This document shows positions 59,486 through 64,000 of a stretch of 64,000 nt of DNA, one piece after another. Origin of the DNA: Dehalococcoidia bacterium (lineage in GTDB: Bacteria; Chloroflexota; Dehalococcoidia; Bin125); NCBI GenBank assembly GCA_963663235.2, contig CAXXNO010000012.1, positions 288,001-352,000 on the forward strand, in the 5' to 3' direction. The translations under genes and the position numbers were made by a program. Within the stretch, counting starts at the first letter, position 1. Each line of letters opens with the position of its first letter. Below the pieces are notes generated by a model that saw only the letters and a list, made by a program, of their open reading frames with translations, was not told where the DNA came from and searched no databases.

Positions 59486-60750
59486 CTACGCCGCGATTGG
59501 TATCGCCTGCGCCGTCTCCGAGACGATCCACAGCACGGCGCCGTCATTCAGGGCGAAGTTGATGATGCCCAACGGCGGAATGAACGACGTCCAGCTGACC
59601 GTGGTCGAGTCGAACAGCCAGGCGATCTTCACCACCCCGAACAGGTCCGCCGCCAGCGCCGGCCCGAACGTCCACAAGACGAACTGCCCGCCCGCCCGCA
59701 ACGTGAGGACCTCGGCGGCGGGCGGCTCTTCTACCACCTCGTCCACCGGCTCCTCTTCCGCTTCCTCCTCGACGATCTCCACCAGCAGCACCGTCGTCAG
59801 GTGCGGCAGCGATGCCTGCACCACCACCGGCGGGCCCAGCGAGACGACGGTCACCGTAATGACCTCCCCGTTCACCACCACCGCGCTCGTGGCAGGGTCG
59901 AACCCCGCCGGCAGCTCGAACTGCACCGTCACCGCGGTGGTCCCCCCGATGTTGCCGCCGAACTGATCGGAGATGCTGATCTCTACCCCGAACGCCATCG
60001 TCCCCGCCGGTAGCCCGGCCTCCGCCAGCGCAGCCGTGACATCCCCCGCCGTGGCCGGTTGCATGCTCACCGTGATGTCGGTGGTGTTCCCCGGCAGGTC
60101 CGCCACGTCGATCCCCACCGTCGTCCCCGCCCCGTCCGTCACGTTGACCACGGTCATCCCGTTCTCCGTGGTGCTCTCCGTGGCCAGGTTGATCGTCGCC
60201 CGCCCCGTCGTCGGGTCCACCGTGTTAATCCCCGTCGCCGGGTCGAATGTCCCCTCGTCCGCCAGCGCCTCCTCCAAGTCGGCCGCCGACGCGGCGAAGA
60301 CGAAGTTGTCGCCCGCGCTGGCGAAGTCGACCGTCCCCGTGCTGGAGGTCACCTGCACGTCCACGGTGGCCGCCGTCCGGGCGACGAGGGTCGCCCGGAT
60401 CTGGGTGTCGCTGAGCACGTTGAATGCGACGGCGACGCCGCCGAAGGTGACGCCCGTCGCCGCCGTGAAGTTGGTGCCGTTAATGATCACGATGCCGCCC
60501 AGGCTGGCCAGGACCACAGGAGGGGCGAGGGTGACGATGCCGGGGAAGACCGTCAAGACCCCGTCGTCGGTGACGTTGGTCGCCGTGCTGGGGTTGGTGT
60601 TGGTGGTGGTCATGGTATCCCCACCACCGGCCTGGCCGTTGACGTTCAGCGTCTCGAAGGCGGTGTAGCCAGTGGCTCCCTGCCCCGTCAGCGTCACTGT
60701 GGTGTTGGTGGTGGTGATGATGTCGTTGCCGCCGGTGCCGTTGACTTTGA
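59486..60750 (-). pseudogene. 3' fragment of a large surface/adhesin protein (beta-roll-like repeats, IPT/TIG domain, acidic linker, C-terminal GGQFVFW module)
   Basis: VNGTGGNDIIT..ETLNVNG repeat; IINGTNF..ATGVTFGG..VLSDTQI (IPT/TIG); EEEAEEEPVDE linker; no start or signal peptide before the junction near 60745. Confidence 0.75.
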
Positions 60751-61783
60751 CCTCGGCGGCAGCAACGTCTCACTCGCCTTCGCGCCGCTCTTCGTCGTCG
60801 CGCTCTTGCTCGGCGCCGCCGAGGCGGCGCTCGCCGCGGTGATCGCGGTCATGCTCGCCCAAACCGTCCTGCGCCTCCCCTGGTACAAGGTCCTCTTCAA
60901 CGCTGCGGTCTTCGCTCTGGCCGCCATGGCCACCGCGACCATCTTCCACGCGCTCGCTGGCCCGTTCGACACCGCCGATGCGGCGGCCCAGCTGGCCCCC
61001 GTCGCACTCGCGGCGCTGGGCTCCTACCTCGTGAACGGCGTGCTGGTTGCGGGCGTGCTCACGCTCTCCGGGGCGACGAGCCCGATCTCGGCCTGGCGCG
61101 ACAAGTTTCTCTGGGCGGCGCCCCACTATCTCGCGCTGGCCTTCGTCGCCTACGCCGTCGCCTTCACCTATCGCGATGTCGGCGCCGTCGCCATGATCGC
61201 CTTCGCCCTGCCCATCGCCATGATGTGGCTGATCATGAAGCAGCACACCACCCGCACCCGCGCCGACATCGCGCGCCTCCGCACCGCCAAGGAAGCCCTG
61301 CGCCTGTCGGAGGCCCGCTACCGCGCGGTGGTCGAGACCTCCACCCGAGGAATCTTCAGCTGCGACGCCGGCGGCGCCATCCACTTCCACAATCAGCAGT
61401 TTGTGGCCACGGTCGGCGACGACGCGCCCTGCGCCGATCGCTCCATCCTCGACTTCGTCTCCGCCGCCGATCGCCCCGCCGTCGAGGCGGCGTTGCGCAC
61501 GGCGCCCCCGCAGAGCCGCAGTCTTGAGGTACACCTCCCCACCCCCCAGCGCGGTGAGCGACTCGTCAACTTGACGCTGCGCCGCTACGCCAACTCGGAA
61601 GACCTCCTCGGCGAGATCGACGACATCACGGAGCGCCGCGCCTTGGAATCGCGCGTGGAGCAGGCGCAACTGATGGACTCGGTCGGCAACCTGGCCGCGG
61701 GCATCTCGCATGACTTCAACAACCCCCGGACCCGCTCGGAGAGCGAGCACACAAACGCTGCGACGTGGCCCAGCGCTCGCTAG
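60745..61783 (+). pseudogene. Fragment of a membrane PAS sensor histidine kinase, truncated at both ends
   Basis: Multi-TM region, SEARYRAVVE PAS entry, DITERR, H-box LAAGISHDFNN, then loss of kinase similarity; no HATPase domain and no start. Confidence 0.78.
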
Positions 61784-61960
61784 AGGGGTGCTCCCAGCTC
61801 AAGGGGCGCCGGACCCTGAACTCCCGCTACCGCAGGAGGGCCACAGTGGGCGGGGTTCCACATCGTGATGGCCGTGCTGGTGCTCCAGGCGGGGGCAGCC
61901 GCCGCGGCGGAGGCGGGCGAAATCACGAACGTGCGGCAGTGCACGCGACGGATGGCCTGA
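61724..61960 (+). mobile_element. Degenerate C-terminal remnant of a DDE transposase (IS5/IS1182-like)
   Basis: Across frameshifts: RSLEGCSQLKGRRTLNS..R..V.(F)HIVMAVLVLQA.A....G....RQC.RRMA*, resembling the R..vEr.fs.lK and V..H C-terminal pattern; starts exactly where the kinase breaks. Confidence 0.5.
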
Positions 61961-61990
61961 AGCAGAACGAACAGATTGACGAAGATCTAC

Positions 61991-62038
61991 TTGACAGGAC
62001 ATATCATAGATGTGATATTCCACCTGTGCGATATCACA
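61991..62038 (+). promoter_or_regulatory. Sigma70-type promoter with overlapping inverted-repeat operators
   Basis: TTGACA (61991), 17 bp, TGn-GATATT; inverted repeats ATATCA/TGATAT (62001-62018) and TGTGATAT/ATATCACA (62011-62038). Confidence 0.7.
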
Positions 62039-62048
62039 AGGGTAATAG

Positions 62049-62393
62049 ATGGAGATCGTCTACTACGCCACGATTGCTGGCCAAGAGCCGGTCAAGGAGT
62101 ACCTAGACACTTTGGACGCTGCCGGAGAGGCCAAGGGTGTGGCTGTAATCATTGGTGCAGTGGACCTGCTCGAAGAACTCGGTCACCTAATTCGACCGCC
62201 AAGATCGAAACTGATTGACGAGAAGTATCGGATTTTCGAGCTTACGCCGGGCGACCATCGAGTCGCTTACGCCTTTCGTGCAAACAGCGCTCTGGTCCTT
62301 CATGCATGGCCGAAAACAACTCGGAAGCTTGATCGACAGGAGCGAGACCGGGCGCGACGGAATCTGGAGGACTGGGATGCACGACACGCATAG
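62049..62393 (+). CDS. higB: Type II TA toxin, RelE/ParE superfamily (HigB/Gp49-like)
   Basis: Y.T..G..PV.EYL..L, L.E.G....P.SK.I....IFEL, RV.Y, VLHAW.K.T.K; toxin-first order; visibly lower GC than flanks. Confidence 0.85.
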   Translation: MEIVYYATIAGQEPVKEYLDTLDAAGEAKGVAVIIGAVDLLEELGHLIRPPRSKLIDEKYRIFELTPGDHRVAYAFRANSALVLHAWPKTTRKLDRQERDRARRNLEDWDARHA

Positions 62394-62443
62394 TTAGCCG
62401 CTAGGTAAATGTGATGCAGAAATTTCAGAGAGCACACTTTGTC

Positions 62444-62734
62444 ATGACGACTTGGAAACAGCACCGCGAACAGCTTTTGGCCAACCCTGAAATTGCGAAG
62501 GAATACGACGCCATCCATCCTCGAATGGACGCCATTCGAGGACTCATCAAGGCACGGGCGGAGTGCGGTCTGACGCAGTTGCAGCTTGCATCGCTTTTGG
62601 GAACGACGCAAAACTCAATTAGCCGACTGGAATCTGGCGCGCACGAACCGCACTTGAGCACTCTGGCGAAGACCGCACACGCGATGGGATACTCGATCCA
62701 CGTCGAATATCGAAAAACTCTCGCTGGTCCCTGA
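62444..62734 (+). CDS. higA: XRE/HTH antitoxin (HigA-like)
   Basis: L.NPE...EY, LIKAR...GLTQ.QLA..LGT.Q..ISRLESG...P.LSTL.K.A. Confidence 0.88.
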   Translation: MTTWKQHREQLLANPEIAKEYDAIHPRMDAIRGLIKARAECGLTQLQLASLLGTTQNSISRLESGAHEPHLSTLAKTAHAMGYSIHVEYRKTLAGP

Positions 62735-62831
62735 GAGCTTATCGAACGTAACACCGCTCACCGCGCTACTCACTTGAGGAGTTCTGCACCTCCCTCAATC
62801 AACCGTTCGGCTCAGCGCGACGGCGCGTGCC

Positions 62832-63731
62832 CTACCCACCCACCACCGCCGGCCGGACCTCCCGCCACACCGCCTCCAACTGCCGCAACTGCGCGTCCAC
62901 GGACACCTTCGTCTTCGGATCCGTCTCCGGGTTGAGCAACAGCAACTGCGACGCCCCCGCGTCCCGATACCCCCGCAGCAACGTCGCCAGCTCGTCCAGG
63001 TTCTTGCTGAGCGGCGCCATCCACTGCACCGTGAACCGCTCCGGGTCCCGCCCCTCGGCCTTCAGCGTCTCCCGCATCCGCCCGATCGTCGCCGCCGCCT
63101 CCGCCGCCTGCGCCATCGGCGCACCAAGCCACCCGTCTCCCAGCCGCGCCGCCCGCCGCTCCGCCGCCTCCACGAAGCCCCCGATGATGATCGGCGGCCC
63201 CCCCGGCGTCACCGGCTTCGGCTCCATGTTCATCGACCGGATCGTCGTGTATTGGCCCTCGAACTCCACCGGCTCTGCCCCCCAGCACCGCCGCACCACC
63301 GCGATCGCCTCCTCGAACCGCGCGACCCGCTCCCTGAACGGCACCCCCAACGACTCGAACTCCGCCTCCCCCCACCCCATCCCGACCCCCAGCCGAAAAC
63401 GCCCGCCGCTGAGCACGTCGATCTCCGCCGCCTGCTTCGCCACCAGCGCCGGCTGCCGCTGCGGCAGCACCAGCACGCAGCTCTGGAGGATGACCCGCTC
63501 CGTGCACGCCGCCATGTGCGCCAGCAGCGTCATCGTCTCGTGCTGATACACCGGACCCGCGTAGAACCCCGGCTCACGATCCGGCCGGTTGTAGGCGTAG
63601 GCGACGTGGTCGTTCGTGCCGATCCACTCGTACCCGATCGCCTCCACCCCCCGCGCCCAGTCCCGCACCTCGGCGCCGTCCAGGTCCCACCCCATCCCCG
63701 TGAACATCACCCCCAGCTCGATCGCCTGCAT
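62832..63731 (-). CDS. LLM class F420-dependent oxidoreductase
   Basis: DHV, HE..TL, LVLPQRQ..LVAKQAAEID.LSGGR.RLGVG.GW...EFE.LG. Confidence 0.92.
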   Translation of the reverse strand: MQAIELGVMFTGMGWDLDGAEVRDWARGVEAIGYEWIGTNDHVAYAYNRPDREPGFYAGPVYQHETMTLLAHMAACTERVILQSCVLVLPQRQPALVAKQAAEIDVLSGGRFRLGVGMGWGEAEFESLGVPFRERVARFEEAIAVVRRCWGAEPVEFEGQYTTIRSMNMEPKPVTPGGPPIIIGGFVEAAERRAARLGDGWLGAPMAQAAEAAATIGRMRETLKAEGRDPERFTVQWMAPLSKNLDELATLLRGYRDAGASQLLLLNPETDPKTKVSVDAQLRQLEAVWREVRPAVVGG

Positions 63732-63917
63732 GTCAACCTCCCATCCTGTGGCGTGCGCGTGTCCAGCGCTCGGCCGGCATGCTAGCAGCCCCGGCCCACC
63801 CGCCCCCGATGCCGACCGCCCCCGACGCCAACCACGAAGTCCGTAGCCAGCCGAGCCGCGCAGCCGCTATGCTCAAACGAGCCCGGCCTATCGGACGGGC
63901 AGTGCGTGAGGGTCACT

Positions 63918-64000
63918 ATGCTCACCGATGAACGTCACGCTGGCGAAGAAGGAGTCATCCGCAGCGACATCGCCGAGATGATCGACCGCGCTGCGGCCAT
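63918..64000 (+). CDS. 5' end of an ORF running off the window, product unknown
   Basis: GAGG then ATG, open frame MLTDERHAGEEGVIRSDIAEMIDRAAA. Confidence 0.4.
   Translation, partial: MLTDERHAGEEGVIRSDIAEMIDRAAA

Overview
High-GC bacterial chromosomal window. The gene content suggests a Chloroflexota (Dehalococcoidia/SAR202-like) heterotroph, but this is an inference, not a direct identification. Catabolic paralog families dominate: 8 luciferase-like (LLM) flavin/F420 oxidoreductases, 4 CaiB/BaiF class III CoA-transferase genes, 2 crotonases, 2 SnoaL/NTF2 proteins, an amidohydrolase and a penicillin acylase. Also present are tRNA-Pro(GGG), catalase, a CHASE hybrid kinase, a four-subunit 2-oxoacid:ferredoxin oxidoreductase, ppdK with two CBS genes, an orphan nuoI-like gene and a HigBA-like toxin-antitoxin pair. 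Most notable: (1) a ~70-aa module (LxLxxGGQFVFWxFGP..AAD.F..VKIAW.F...W..FIP.LG..NF...DG.VLW.V) shared by four exported-type proteins of three architectures, at either terminus, a candidate undescribed cell-surface anchoring module; (2) a RidA protein with a ~70-aa histone-H1-like tail; (3) a 58-bp repeat covering the stop codons of consecutive genes next to tRNA-Pro, plus a 24-bp exact copy of catalase coding sequence in the tRNA trailer; (4) a head-to-head junction of two 5'-truncated genes near 60745; (5) many nonsense and frameshift lesions, enriched in surface-protein genes, which could be real decay or consensus error.
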